A stretch of 62,433 bases of DNA from Burkholderiaceae bacterium (GTDB lineage Bacteria; Pseudomonadota; Gammaproteobacteria; Burkholderiales; Burkholderiaceae): contig RFQL01000001.1 in NCBI GenBank assembly GCA_009924985.1, positions 1 through 62,433 of the forward strand, read 5' to 3'. The position numbers and the translations under genes are program-made. The notes below the pieces were generated by a model that saw only the letters and a program-made list of their open reading frames with translations, made no database searches and was not told the origin of the DNA. Positions 23,396 to 32,857 of the stretch are shown here, one piece after another; within the stretch, counting starts at the first letter, position 1, and each line of letters begins with the position of its first letter.

Positions 23396-24039
23396 AATTT
23401 AATAGCACACAAATCTATCAAATTGCATTACGAGGCATGTTACGTGTTTTACCTTTTTTACTGATGGGCTCACTTACCCTCGCAACATTTTGGTTGGTCA
23501 AACGGAGTTCTCCACCAGAAGCATTACTTTTAGCAAGAGTTCCTCAGCATATCCCTGACTACGTTCTTAAAAATGCCTCGCTCTCTAACCTTAATGAACT
23601 GGGGCAAACTAAATATCGTGTACTTGGTAAAAAGCTTACGCATTACGAAGATGATGCATCGATGGACCTAGAGTTTCCTCGCATGCGCGTTTTTCAAACC
23701 CAAGGCTCTGCTCCAGTTACCGTTAGGGCAGATCGCGGTCATATTGATGGTGATCTAACTATATTAGATCTTTTGGGGAACGGTGAAATTTATCGTCCTG
23801 CCCAAGAAGTCATCGGTGATCTTAAAGCCTCGCCCAGACTACTTGCTCGCTCGAGCTATTTTCAGGCACTCATCAATGATGATGTTGTGCGTACCGATAA
23901 GCCCTTAGAACTCCAACAGGGTTTATCGATCATGAACTCTACTGGTGGTGGGATATTTAATAACGTCCAACAGAGTATCACCCTGACTGGTCAAGTTCGT
24001 GGTCGTATCGAACCATCTGAACAACGAGGTCGTAATTGA
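23392..24039 (+). CDS. lptC: LPS export protein LptC
   Basis: Single N-terminal TM helix, HIPDY and a beta-rich periplasmic domain; position in kdsC-lptC-lptA-lptB. Confidence 0.88.
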   Translation: MKFNSTQIYQIALRGMLRVLPFLLMGSLTLATFWLVKRSSPPEALLLARVPQHIPDYVLKNASLSNLNELGQTKYRVLGKKLTHYEDDASMDLEFPRMRVFQTQGSAPVTVRADRGHIDGDLTILDLLGNGEIYRPAQEVIGDLKASPRLLARSSYFQALINDDVVRTDKPLELQQGLSIMNSTGGGIFNNVQQSITLTGQVRGRIEPSEQRGRN

Positions 24040-24578
24040 TTCGTATTCTTAGTATTTTGATACTCTTATTGCCAATTTGGGTTGGCAATGCCTTTGCAAA
24101 TAAATCTGATCAGGATAAGCCCCTTATAGTCAATGCCGATCAAGTCGATGTCGATGATGTCAAACAAAGCTATCAACTCAGTGGTGATGTTTTACTCATC
24201 AAAGGATCTATGATTGCTAAAGGAGACAAGGGAACAATTCTGGTGGATCCTCAGGGTTATCAAAATATTGATCTCAAAGGAAGGCTGGAGGCACCTGCTT
24301 CAATGCGGCAGCGGCGCGAAGGACTGGCTGATGAGTTTATGCAGGGGGTTGGAAAAGATGTATTTTATGATGACAAGAAAGAACAGATTATTTTGACCGG
24401 TCATGCCACTATTAAACGTTTACTCAATATGCAAATGCTCGATCAATTACAGGGCTGGCAAATTGAATATGAAGACATTAAAGAAAGCTACAAAGTGAGG
24501 CCTCAGAAAGTGGATGCTAAGGCACAACCGCAATCTCGGGCAATACTAGCGCCACGTAAGAAGGCGGTACTTAATTAA
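24036..24578 (+). CDS. lptA: LPS transport periplasmic protein LptA
   Basis: Signal peptide ([12 protein letters not shown]), OstA-like beta-jellyroll; position before lptB. Confidence 0.88.
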   Translation: MIRILSILILLLPIWVGNAFANKSDQDKPLIVNADQVDVDDVKQSYQLSGDVLLIKGSMIAKGDKGTILVDPQGYQNIDLKGRLEAPASMRQRREGLADEFMQGVGKDVFYDDKKEQIILTGHATIKRLLNMQMLDQLQGWQIEYEDIKESYKVRPQKVDAKAQPQSRAILAPRKKAVLN

Positions 24579-25330
24579 TGGCTTTATCACAAGCATCTAC
24601 ATTGCTAGCCGAGGGTCTGCAAAAACGCTATGGTTCTCGAACTGTGGTGCGCGATGTAAGTATTGAGGTTAAGAGTGGAGAGGTAGTTGGCTTACTGGGT
24701 CCTAATGGGGCAGGTAAAACGACATCCTTTTATATGATTGTAGGGCTGGTCCCCTTAGATGGGGGAAGCATTCTCTTAGATGGGCAAAAAATTAGTGGTC
24801 TACCAATTCATCAGCGCGCCCGAATGGGTCTTTCGTATCTTCCCCAAGAAGCATCTGTATTTCGGAAACTAGATGTTGCTGAGAATATACAAGCTGTTCT
24901 TGAGTTACAAGAGTTCGAGGGAAGGCCGCTAAGTAAAAAAAGAATACGGGAGCGCTTAGATGAACTTTTGGGCGAGCTCCAAATTACCCATTTGCGCAAC
25001 AACCCCGCTCTATCACTCTCTGGCGGAGAACGCCGCAGAGTTGAAATTGCTCGCGCCTTAGCTTCGCATCCTAAATTTATTTTGCTTGATGAGCCATTTG
25101 CGGGCGTCGACCCAATCGCAGTAGGAGAAATTCAGCGGATTGTCAGGTTCTTGCGAGACCGTCAGATTGGCGTTTTGATTACCGACCATAACGTTCGCGA
25201 AACGCTGGGAATTTGTGATCATGCCTACATTATTAGCGAAGGTAGCGTCTTGGCGGAAGGCAAAGCGGATGAAATTATTCAAAATGATGCGGTTAGACGG
25301 GTTTATTTAGGCGAAAACTTCCGCATGTAA
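24578..25330 (+). CDS. lptB: LPS export ABC transporter ATP-binding protein
   Basis: [43 protein letters not shown] and TDHNVRETL motifs. Confidence 0.98.
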   Translation: MALSQASTLLAEGLQKRYGSRTVVRDVSIEVKSGEVVGLLGPNGAGKTTSFYMIVGLVPLDGGSILLDGQKISGLPIHQRARMGLSYLPQEASVFRKLDVAENIQAVLELQEFEGRPLSKKRIRERLDELLGELQITHLRNNPALSLSGGERRRVEIARALASHPKFILLDEPFAGVDPIAVGEIQRIVRFLRDRQIGVLITDHNVRETLGICDHAYIISEGSVLAEGKADEIIQNDAVRRVYLGENFRM

Positions 25331-25384
25331 GCCGCTTAGCATGGCATAAACGGATTGATAAAAAATCAATCTAGATTGGTGCAT

Positions 25385-25728
25385 TGCGTCAGAATAAAGC
25401 TAAATTCATCAACAAAATAAAATATTTAAATTCCTAGAATCCATATCTGGATTGGCTAAGAAGATTATTTCTGAACAAAAAGCTTCTTTTGTGATGGGGA
25501 TATTGATTTTGGGCTATTGGATTTAGAAGAAATCGCTGATAACCTAAGGTTGCATGTAACCTCAGTTTTTGTGTAAACAGTCTAATTTCTTGGGTCAATT
25601 GGTCTAATTTTCAATGAAATACTGCTTCATGACTTCCCCCTACCAATTGATTGATCTGTGTTTACCCGGATAACTGTAGCGATCGGGAGTTGCTACGCAT
25701 CCCCACCATGCATTTGCGTAGACCTTAA
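25385..25728 (+). pseudogene. rpoN: Highly degraded remnant of RNA polymerase sigma-54
   Basis: Occupies the canonical lptB-rpoN-hpf slot. Frameshifted fragments translate to KKIISEQK/FFCDGD...LEEIADNLRLHVTSV (HTH region) and TRITVA/RELLRIPTMHLRRP* (RpoN box ARRTVAKYRE). The 5' boundary is approximate. Confidence 0.85.
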
Positions 25729-25743
25729 TCATGGAGGTTTGTC

Positions 25744-26082
25744 ATGCATTTAAGAATTAATAGCCGTCATCTTGAAGTTACCCCAGCTATGCGCACTCAT
25801 TTAGAAGTCCGTCTTGAGCGCATTCGCAAGCATTTTGATCATGTGATCGATGCATCTGCATTTCTGATGGTGGATAAAGCTAAAGAGAAGGACTTACGTC
25901 AGACTGCCGAACTTACTCTTCACCTAAAAGGCAAAGAACTATTCGCCCAGGCCCACCATGAAGACCTTTACCATGCCATGGATGCAGTGATTGACAAACT
26001 AGATAGGCAATTGCTCAAGCACAAAGAAATTATTCAAGACCACCATCATGATAAAAATAAGGTGCAAAGTCTTTCCCAATAG
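25744..26082 (+). CDS. hpf: Ribosome hibernation promoting factor (short HPF)
   Basis: HLEVTPAMR, HFDHVID and DLYHAMDAVIDKLDRQ motifs; GGAGG Shine-Dalgarno upstream. Confidence 0.93.
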   Translation: MHLRINSRHLEVTPAMRTHLEVRLERIRKHFDHVIDASAFLMVDKAKEKDLRQTAELTLHLKGKELFAQAHHEDLYHAMDAVIDKLDRQLLKHKEIIQDHHHDKNKVQSLSQ

Positions 26083-26101
26083 AGACCTATAATAGGAGGT
26101 C

Positions 26102-26557
26102 ATGAGTGTTCTCACTGACCTTTTTACGATTGATGGCATTGATCTCAACGGTTTGGCTAAGTCTAAAGCCGAAGCCTTTGAGATCGCTAGTCGGCTTTTT
26201 TCCAAAAAACTTGATATTCCCACTGAAACTGTTTTAGGCTTTCTAGATGCTCGTGAAGCCCTAGGAAGCACCGGTTTAGGTGCCGGTGTGGCAATTCCAC
26301 ATGGTCGGATCAAGGGACTAAAGCAACCCCTTGCCGCATTCTTTCGTCTTAGTAAGCCTATTGAGTTCAATGCTCCCGACGGGCAAGCAGTGTCTTTAAT
26401 GATCTTTTTATTAGTCCCTGAAAAAGCAACTCAAGAACATCTTGAAATCCTCTCGGCAATTGCGCAGCTACTTTCAGATGTTTATGTGCGCGAACAATTA
26501 CTTACAGAATCAGATCCACAAAAAGTGCAGCAACTCATTTGCCATTGGGAGGCATAA
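26102..26557 (+). CDS. ptsN: PTS EIIA(Ntr) regulatory protein
   Basis: [19 protein letters not shown] (phospho-His), FNAPDG and [10 protein letters not shown] motifs. Confidence 0.93.
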   Translation: MSVLTDLFTIDGIDLNGLAKSKAEAFEIASRLFSKKLDIPTETVLGFLDAREALGSTGLGAGVAIPHGRIKGLKQPLAAFFRLSKPIEFNAPDGQAVSLMIFLLVPEKATQEHLEILSAIAQLLSDVYVREQLLTESDPQKVQQLICHWEA

Positions 26558-26559
26558 CA

Positions 26560-27546
26560 TTGAGCCAACAGCTTTTACTGGAAGGAATAACAGCTCAACA
26601 AATCTTTGACGATAATATAGCCGACCTAAAGCTGTCTTGGATTAGTGGGCTTGAAGGTGCAGACCGAACCTTTGATACGCAAGCTGTAAAAGCGGCGGCG
26701 GCCTCTTCCGATCTAGTGGGTCACTTAAACATGATTCACCCGAGCCGCATTCAAATCTTTGGGCTCCAGGAGGTGGAGTACCATGCTAACCTTTCAAGCG
26801 ATGAGCGACAAGCGCAAATTAGCTCACTAATTACCAGTAATCCTCCATGCATCATTGTTGCTGATGGCTGCAAACCAGATCAAGAATTACAGCTCTATTG
26901 CCAACGGTCGTCGACTCCACTGTTCTCAACAAGTATTTCCGCAGCGGAAGTTATTGACCACCTACGGTTTTATCTAACCAAGATTGGCGCTCCTTTCAGC
27001 ACAATGCATGGAGTGTTCATGGACATCCTAGGCCTAGGCGTTTTAATAACAGGTGAGTCTGGTTTGGGTAAAAGTGAACTGGGTCTTGAGTTAATTTCTA
27101 GAGGCCATGGTTTGGTTGCTGACGATGCGGTTGATTTCACTCGCCTTGGGCCGGACTATATTGAGGGTCGCTGCCCCGAAATACTGCGTGACCTTTTAGA
27201 GGTTCGCGGCTTAGGACTTTTAGATATTCGGACAATATTTGGAGAAACTGCCGTTCGACGAAAACTGAAATTGCGCCTCATTGTTCAACTAGTCCGCCGC
27301 AATGATGGCGAGTTTGAAAGGTTGCCCATTGAGTCTCAGTTTATTGAGGTACTTGATATTCCTATTCGTACTGTCAAAATCCAGGTAGCAGCAGGACGAA
27401 ATCTTGCGGTATTGGTTGAAGCGGCAGTTCGCAATACCATCCTCCAGTTACGCGGCATTGATACCCTCAAGGATTTTATTGAGCGCCAGCGCAATCAAAT
27501 GAACTTAGATAGCGAAAATAATAAGACTCAGGGGCGTCTACTCTAA
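26560..27546 (+). CDS. hprK: HPr kinase/phosphorylase
   Basis: [36 protein letters not shown] and [10 protein letters not shown] motifs; TTG 26560 preferred to avoid the ptsN overlap. Confidence 0.96.
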   Translation: MSQQLLLEGITAQQIFDDNIADLKLSWISGLEGADRTFDTQAVKAAAASSDLVGHLNMIHPSRIQIFGLQEVEYHANLSSDERQAQISSLITSNPPCIIVADGCKPDQELQLYCQRSSTPLFSTSISAAEVIDHLRFYLTKIGAPFSTMHGVFMDILGLGVLITGESGLGKSELGLELISRGHGLVADDAVDFTRLGPDYIEGRCPEILRDLLEVRGLGLLDIRTIFGETAVRRKLKLRLIVQLVRRNDGEFERLPIESQFIEVLDIPIRTVKIQVAAGRNLAVLVEAAVRNTILQLRGIDTLKDFIERQRNQMNLDSENNKTQGRLL

Positions 27547-27547
27547 G

Positions 27548-28423
27548 ATGCGAATCCAACTCATTACCGGAATTTCGGGTTCAGGTAAATCAGTTGCCTT
27601 GAGGGCTTACGAGGATGCAGGTTATGACTGTATCGATAATCTTCCCGTTTCCCTGATCGAGCAATTAGTTGCAACATTAGAATTAGAGCAATGTAAACAA
27701 ATTGCGATTGCTATTGATGCACGACGCGGCATATCTATTTCGCAATTACCAGCTCTTTTACAAAAACTACGCGCACAGCATGAAGTTAATATTCTCTTCT
27801 TAAATGCCGATACAAATACATTGGTACAACGTTTTTCTGAAACCCGCCGTCGCCACCCTCTCTCGAATCCAAACGAATCAACTACCTTAATTGATGTGAT
27901 TGAGCAAGAGCGGAAATTGCTTGCGCCATTAGCGGATCAGGCACAGCAAATTGATACGGGCCATATTCCAGCACATACCTTACGTAGCTGGATCTCTGAT
28001 AATCTCAAAGAGAAGCCTATAGGTCTTGCGGTCATTTTTGAATCGTTTGCCTTTAAAAAAGGTGTGCCAAGTGAAGCGGATATCGTATTTGATCTTCGCT
28101 GCCTACCCAATCCCCACTATGAGCCTCAACTGCGTGATCTGAGTGGTAAGGACTCTTCAGTGATTGAATATCTCCGTCAATTCCCAGAAGTTGCTCAAAT
28201 GATGGATGATATTAAGATGTATTTAGAAAAATGGTTACCTCGCTATTTGCAGGATGGGCGTAGTTATTTAACGGTTGCAATTGGGTGCACCGGCGGCCAA
28301 CATCGATCCGTTTATTTGGTTCAGCAACTCAAAAAGTATTTTTCTGAAAAGCAAGCTTATCAAGATATTTATTATCTAGAGCGTCATCGTGAGCTTGATT
28401 CTAAAAATATTCGAATTGGCTGA
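27548..28423 (+). CDS. rapZ: RNase adapter RapZ (YhbJ family)
   Basis: TGISGSGKS, CIDNLP, RFSETRRRHPL, FDLRCLPNP and AIGCTGGQHRSV motifs. Confidence 0.95.
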   Translation: MRIQLITGISGSGKSVALRAYEDAGYDCIDNLPVSLIEQLVATLELEQCKQIAIAIDARRGISISQLPALLQKLRAQHEVNILFLNADTNTLVQRFSETRRRHPLSNPNESTTLIDVIEQERKLLAPLADQAQQIDTGHIPAHTLRSWISDNLKEKPIGLAVIFESFAFKKGVPSEADIVFDLRCLPNPHYEPQLRDLSGKDSSVIEYLRQFPEVAQMMDDIKMYLEKWLPRYLQDGRSYLTVAIGCTGGQHRSVYLVQQLKKYFSEKQAYQDIYYLERHRELDSKNIRIG

Positions 28424-29499
28424 GGTAAACCAATTTCTGCTAAGTCCTTGCGCTTTACCCACATCAGACTAGGATCGCTAACGTGCCATTTTTTATTTAA
28501 GGATACAAGGTAGGGATACATCTGCAAACGACGATGGCTAAAAATATGCTGTATTACTGAACCAGTCTGTACCGACATAATTTGCTTGTAGTCAATTTCA
28601 AGGGCTTTGTCGCCCAGCAGGGTTTTACTCAATATTTTTCGAGCATTGCGCACAGTCATTAAGGTGATATCTTTGCTTTGCGCTTCCCATGGTAATTCGA
28701 TTAAGGAATACAAGCCGCCCCAAATCGCTTTTGGCGCTCTTCGTTCCAGTAAAATAAATTCTCCACACTGTATTAGAAAGATAGAAGTCTGAAAGCTTGG
28801 GGAAGCAGACTTCTTTTTCTTTGCCGGAATTTCATTCACACGCTTTGTTTTATATGCAGTGCAGTGCCTTGTCATCGGGCACTGTGCATGCGCCTCCAAA
28901 CACTTGGGTTGCCTTGGGGTGCACCAGGTGGCGCCAAAGTCCATCAACGCTTGTGTATAGGTCGGCATTTTTGCTGTCACGCTTGGTAATTGTGCTTCTG
29001 CTTTCAACCACAACTCTTTGATTGTTTTCTGATCCTGCAAGTCGCCCTCAATACCATGAAAGCGGCTAAGAACACGCTTGACGTTAGCATCTAATATTGG
29101 TGAACGCTCCTCATAGGCAAATGCTGCTATTGCACCAGCAGTTGATCGCCCAATACCCGGCAGACTTTCAAGTGCCTCGCGTGTTCGCGGAAACTCTCCT
29201 CCGTACTCCACCATAATGATTTGAGCACAACGATGTAGGTTTCGAGCGCGTGAGTAGTAACCCAAACCGCTCCATAAAGCCATGACATCATCAATGGGTG
29301 CTTTTGCTAATGATTTCAGGGTCGGAAAGCGCTTCAGAAAACGTTGGTAGCGTTCCGAGACCGCGCTTACTTGAGTTTGCTGCAACATAATCTCAGAAAC
29401 CCAGATTGCATAGGGATCCCGTGTGTTCTGCCAAGGCATTCCAGTTCGCCCATGCTCTGCATGCCAAGTAATCAGTTGGTTCGCAAAATTAAATGCCAT
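28384..29499 (-). CDS. mutY: A/G-specific adenine glycosylase
   Basis: WVSEIMLQQTQV, WSGLGYYSRARNL, HhH LPGIGRSTAGAI, DANVKRV and Fe-S cysteines. Confidence 0.96.
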   Translation of the reverse strand: MAFNFANQLITWHAEHGRTGMPWQNTRDPYAIWVSEIMLQQTQVSAVSERYQRFLKRFPTLKSLAKAPIDDVMALWSGLGYYSRARNLHRCAQIIMVEYGGEFPRTREALESLPGIGRSTAGAIAAFAYEERSPILDANVKRVLSRFHGIEGDLQDQKTIKELWLKAEAQLPSVTAKMPTYTQALMDFGATWCTPRQPKCLEAHAQCPMTRHCTAYKTKRVNEIPAKKKKSASPSFQTSIFLIQCGEFILLERRAPKAIWGGLYSLIELPWEAQSKDITLMTVRNARKILSKTLLGDKALEIDYKQIMSVQTGSVIQHIFSHRRLQMYPYLVSLNKKWHVSDPSLMWVKRKDLAEIGLPQPIRIFLESSSR

Positions 29500-29502
29500 T
29501 GA

Positions 29503-30339
29503 TTAGCGCTTTTGACAGACTGGGCAAAAATATGTAGAGCGTTGCCCCTGCACTATTTGTTGTATCGGTGTTTTGCATACACGACAGGCTTCACCTGCTC
29601 GGTCATAGACTTTGGTTTGCATCATAAAGTAACCTGGTTCCCCGTGTGCATCTACAAAATCACGCAGGCTGCTACCGCCTGCTTTAATCGCTTTACTTAA
29701 AACATTTCGAACGGAGTCAGCTAGGCGAGCACATTGGATTTTCGTTAACTTTCCAGCCGGGAGTCTTGGATGAATGCCTGCCTCAAATAATGATTCAGAG
29801 CAATAGATGTTTCCAACACCCACAACTGCTTGACCGGCTAATAAGAAAGATTTAACTGCGATGGACCGTTTTCGCGAGAATTGATACAGGCGCATACCCC
29901 CCAATTCACCCGCAAACTCTGAAGCAAGGGGTTCTGGTCCCAATTTTTTAATTAAGGGATGATTGTCTAGCGCCCCCTTTGAAAAAGGATGCCACAGGAC
30001 AGCGCCAAACTTACGGGGATCATGTAAACGCAGACCAATATCACCAAAATGGATTAATACGCGATCGTGCGGCTTAAGAGGGTCGGTCATTGGTAAGACT
30101 CGCAATACCCCAGTCATTCCCAGATGGATTAATAAAAAGCCAGAGTCCATCTTGAGCAATAAATATTTACCCCTTCGCTCAATCGTCTCTAAACGTTGTC
30201 CAATTAATACCTTTGGCAGTGATTTGGGGACTGGCCAGCGCAAGCGGCCATCGACAATTTTGACCCCAGTAACTGACCGCCCTTCAATATAGGGTTGAAT
30301 TCCTAAACGAGTAACTTCTACCTCTGGTAGTTCTGGCAT
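29503..30339 (-). CDS. mutM: Formamidopyrimidine-DNA glycosylase
   Basis: MPELPEVE, RRGKYL, HLGMTG, GVGNIY motifs and C-terminal zinc finger. Confidence 0.98.
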   Translation of the reverse strand: MPELPEVEVTRLGIQPYIEGRSVTGVKIVDGRLRWPVPKSLPKVLIGQRLETIERRGKYLLLKMDSGFLLIHLGMTGVLRVLPMTDPLKPHDRVLIHFGDIGLRLHDPRKFGAVLWHPFSKGALDNHPLIKKLGPEPLASEFAGELGGMRLYQFSRKRSIAVKSFLLAGQAVVGVGNIYCSESLFEAGIHPRLPAGKLTKIQCARLADSVRNVLSKAIKAGGSSLRDFVDAHGEPGYFMMQTKVYDRAGEACRVCKTPIQQIVQGQRSTYFCPVCQKR

Positions 30340-30374
30340 AAATGAATTGTAGTTTCGAGGATTAGAATGTGCTT

Positions 30375-31868
30375 ATGAACATGAATTTCAAGCAAAAGCG
30401 AGCATACAGGCTTGGTGTACTCTGCCTTTGTTTATTACTCTTTGCTTTCTTAGCCCCCCAACAAGCATATGCTCAAAAGATAGGTAAAGGTGCAACGAGC
30501 GAGCAAGTATTTGAAATCCTCGCTTCTGAAATTGCCTTACAACGGGGTGAAGCTGGGTTGGCCTACCAAACCTATTTAGGCCTTGCGCGGCAAACTGGGC
30601 AAGCGGATCTGGCGCAACGGGCGATGGAAATTGCAATTGCGGCCAATTCGCCAGATTTGGCTCTCGTAGCCGCTCAAACCTGGGATGAGCTATCTAGTCC
30701 GTCCCAAACCAAGCCCAAAGAGATCTTGGTTACCCTATTGATGCTCAATCAACGCTGGTCAGAATCTGTTAAACCTGCAGTAGCGCTTCTCAATCAACAA
30801 TCTTTGAGTGAACGTGAGAAAACGCTAAAGCAGTGGCAAAGCTTAATTGGTAGGGCTATGGACGAGAGTACTGCCATGCTAGCGTATTACCAAATAATTT
30901 CAGCCTTGGTACCACTTCCTAGTAACTCGGATATTTTGTATAGCTTCGCATTAGCCGCTGAGAAAGCTGGTGAGTTTGAGGTCATGGAAAAAACATCCAT
31001 TCTCAAAAAAGATCCTAATGATGTGAATTCCTTAAATGCTCTTGGCTACTCCTTAGCAGATCGAAACATCAAACTCACTGAAGCCTATGACCTCATATTA
31101 AAGGCTCACAAACTATCCCCTAATGATGCGTTCATTCTGGATAGCTTAGGATGGGTCAACTTTCGTTTAGGTAATATAGTGCTTGCCTTAACGCAACTTC
31201 AAGATGCCTTACGAATGAAACCTGAGGCAGACATTGCCGCTCATCTTGGCGAAGTATTGTGGGTTTTCAATCGACCGGCTGAAGCCGAATCAGCCTGGCG
31301 CCAAGGAGAACTGATTGATGCGAATAATCTAACATTAAAAGAGACCCTAAAGCGCCTTAAACCTGATTGGATTTTATCGGTAGATAAGTTGGCAAATCAA
31401 TGGGATGGTCGCTTTGCTGTCAAGATGAATGATCGCCCTGCGAACAACACCCAAGGCGGTAGTGGTAGTTTTACCTTAAGCAAAATAGGTTTTAGTGATA
31501 CTCTCGAAATCCGCAGTCCCATTGGCGGAGCGATTGCAAAGATCGTGATTAATCCTGGCGAGGCTGTTTTGGAGCGCGACGGTAAAAAAGTTGTTGCGAT
31601 CGATGCCGATACCCTTATCCAAAACACACTCGGCTTACCATTACCTGCGCGCGGTTTATCCAATTGGCTCAACGGTCAAGTTCGTCCTGGTAGTGCAGCT
31701 CGACTGGTCCGAGACGAACAAGGCCAAGTCAAATCGATTGCCCAAGATGGCTGGGATCTAGCCTACACCTGGAGTGCTACAAAAAAAATTGAGCGTCTTA
31801 CGTTGTCCCGCAATACAAATACTGGCACGATTGACGTACGGTTAATATTTGATCAAGTGAATGAATAA
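30375..31868 (+). CDS. lolB: TPR-repeat protein fused to a LolB domain
   Basis: Signal peptide, then TPR-protein motifs (ASEIALQRG, NALGYSLADRN, ILDSLGWV, IAAHLGEVLW), then in-frame LolB motifs (WDGRFAV, SPIGG, LGLPLP..GL..WL.G, QDGW); position mutM/TPR-lolB-ispE. Confidence 0.85.
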   Translation: MNMNFKQKRAYRLGVLCLCLLLFAFLAPQQAYAQKIGKGATSEQVFEILASEIALQRGEAGLAYQTYLGLARQTGQADLAQRAMEIAIAANSPDLALVAAQTWDELSSPSQTKPKEILVTLLMLNQRWSESVKPAVALLNQQSLSEREKTLKQWQSLIGRAMDESTAMLAYYQIISALVPLPSNSDILYSFALAAEKAGEFEVMEKTSILKKDPNDVNSLNALGYSLADRNIKLTEAYDLILKAHKLSPNDAFILDSLGWVNFRLGNIVLALTQLQDALRMKPEADIAAHLGEVLWVFNRPAEAESAWRQGELIDANNLTLKETLKRLKPDWILSVDKLANQWDGRFAVKMNDRPANNTQGGSGSFTLSKIGFSDTLEIRSPIGGAIAKIVINPGEAVLERDGKKVVAIDADTLIQNTLGLPLPARGLSNWLNGQVRPGSAARLVRDEQGQVKSIAQDGWDLAYTWSATKKIERLTLSRNTNTGTIDVRLIFDQVNE

Positions 31869-32730
31869 AAAAATCGAGCTTTACGCCCCCGCTAAAATTA
31901 ATTTATTTCTTCATATCACCGGCCAGCGTACCGATGGCTACCATCAATTGCAATCGGTCTTTCAGCTCATTGACTGGTATGACATGGTTTCGCTAGAGTA
32001 TGTAGAAGCAGATGAAATTACTCGACCCCTTGGAGCCCATGGTGTAAGCCTAGAAAACGATTTGGTTGTTCGCGCTGCACGCCTACTGAAAAAATTTACA
32101 TCTTACCCACATGGGGTAAAGATTCATCTAGAGAAAAATATTCCTATGGGCGCTGGGTTAGGGGGCGGATCATCGGATGCGGCAAGTGTTTTAATTGGCT
32201 TAAATCGACTCTGGGATTTAAATCTTAATCAATCCGAGTTAATGAGCCTCGGCTTAGAGCTTGGTGCTGATGTGCCATTTTTTCTGTTTGGTCAGAATGC
32301 TTTTGTTGAGGGGATTGGTGAACAGTTAAGCCACATTGATCTACCCGAAGAACAATTTTTAGTCATCTTCCCAGGCCAATCAATCGCCACCAAAGAGGTG
32401 TTCCAAGCAGAAACGTTGACCCGCGATCATGCTCCGATTACAATCTCAAACTTTCTTGCCAGCTCCTGGAAAGATCCTCCGTTTGGGAACGATCTTCAAT
32501 GGGTAGCAAGCAAGATCTGCCCTGAAGTAAACCGAGCATTAGATTGGATCGCGCAACTGGCTCCGAGTTCTGTAAAACGAATGACGGGCTCGGGCAGCAG
32601 TGTGTTTGCTGCAATCCCAAAAACGTGTAGCGCCCGCGAGATCGATCGAATGCTACAAAAACTTCCTTCGGGGTGGGTGGGTCGGCTTGTTCAGGGATTA
32701 AAACAAAATCCCGCTTACAATTCGGTTTAA
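31861..32730 (+). CDS. ispE: 4-diphosphocytidyl-2-C-methyl-D-erythritol kinase
   Basis: APAKINLFLHI, PMGAGLGGGSSDAA, LGADVPFF and MTGSGSSVF motifs. Confidence 0.97.
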   Translation: MNKKIELYAPAKINLFLHITGQRTDGYHQLQSVFQLIDWYDMVSLEYVEADEITRPLGAHGVSLENDLVVRAARLLKKFTSYPHGVKIHLEKNIPMGAGLGGGSSDAASVLIGLNRLWDLNLNQSELMSLGLELGADVPFFLFGQNAFVEGIGEQLSHIDLPEEQFLVIFPGQSIATKEVFQAETLTRDHAPITISNFLASSWKDPPFGNDLQWVASKICPEVNRALDWIAQLAPSSVKRMTGSGSSVFAAIPKTCSAREIDRMLQKLPSGWVGRLVQGLKQNPAYNSV

Positions 32731-32745
32731 TCAGTATGACGCCAT

Positions 32746-32822
32746 AGGGGAGTCGCCAAGTTGGTTAAGGCACCGGATTTTGATTCCGGCATGCGAGGGT
32801 TCAAGTCCTTCCTCCCCTGCCA
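32746..32822 (+). tRNA. tRNA-Gln (anticodon UUG)
   Basis: Cloverleaf: acceptor AGGGGAG/CTCCCCT, anticodon arm CCGGA-TTTTGAT-TCCGG, T-loop TTCAAGT, encoded CCA; canonical ispE-tRNA-Gln-prs position. Confidence 0.97.
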
Positions 32823-32857
32823 TCGTTATGATTGATCAATAACATATAGCCAAGACC

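Noticed and set aside
25338-25395. Sigma-54 -24/-12 promoter (TGGCAT...) after lptB
   Set aside because: No GC at the required spacing from the GG.
25331-25743. sRNA or IS scar as the explanation of the lptB-hpf gap
   Set aside because: No terminal inverted repeats or terminator seen; the RpoN-like translated fragments explain it better.
32746-32857. tRNA-Gln as an integration site for a genomic island
   Set aside because: prs follows 35 nt later; no integrase and no duplicated tRNA 3' end was seen in the window.
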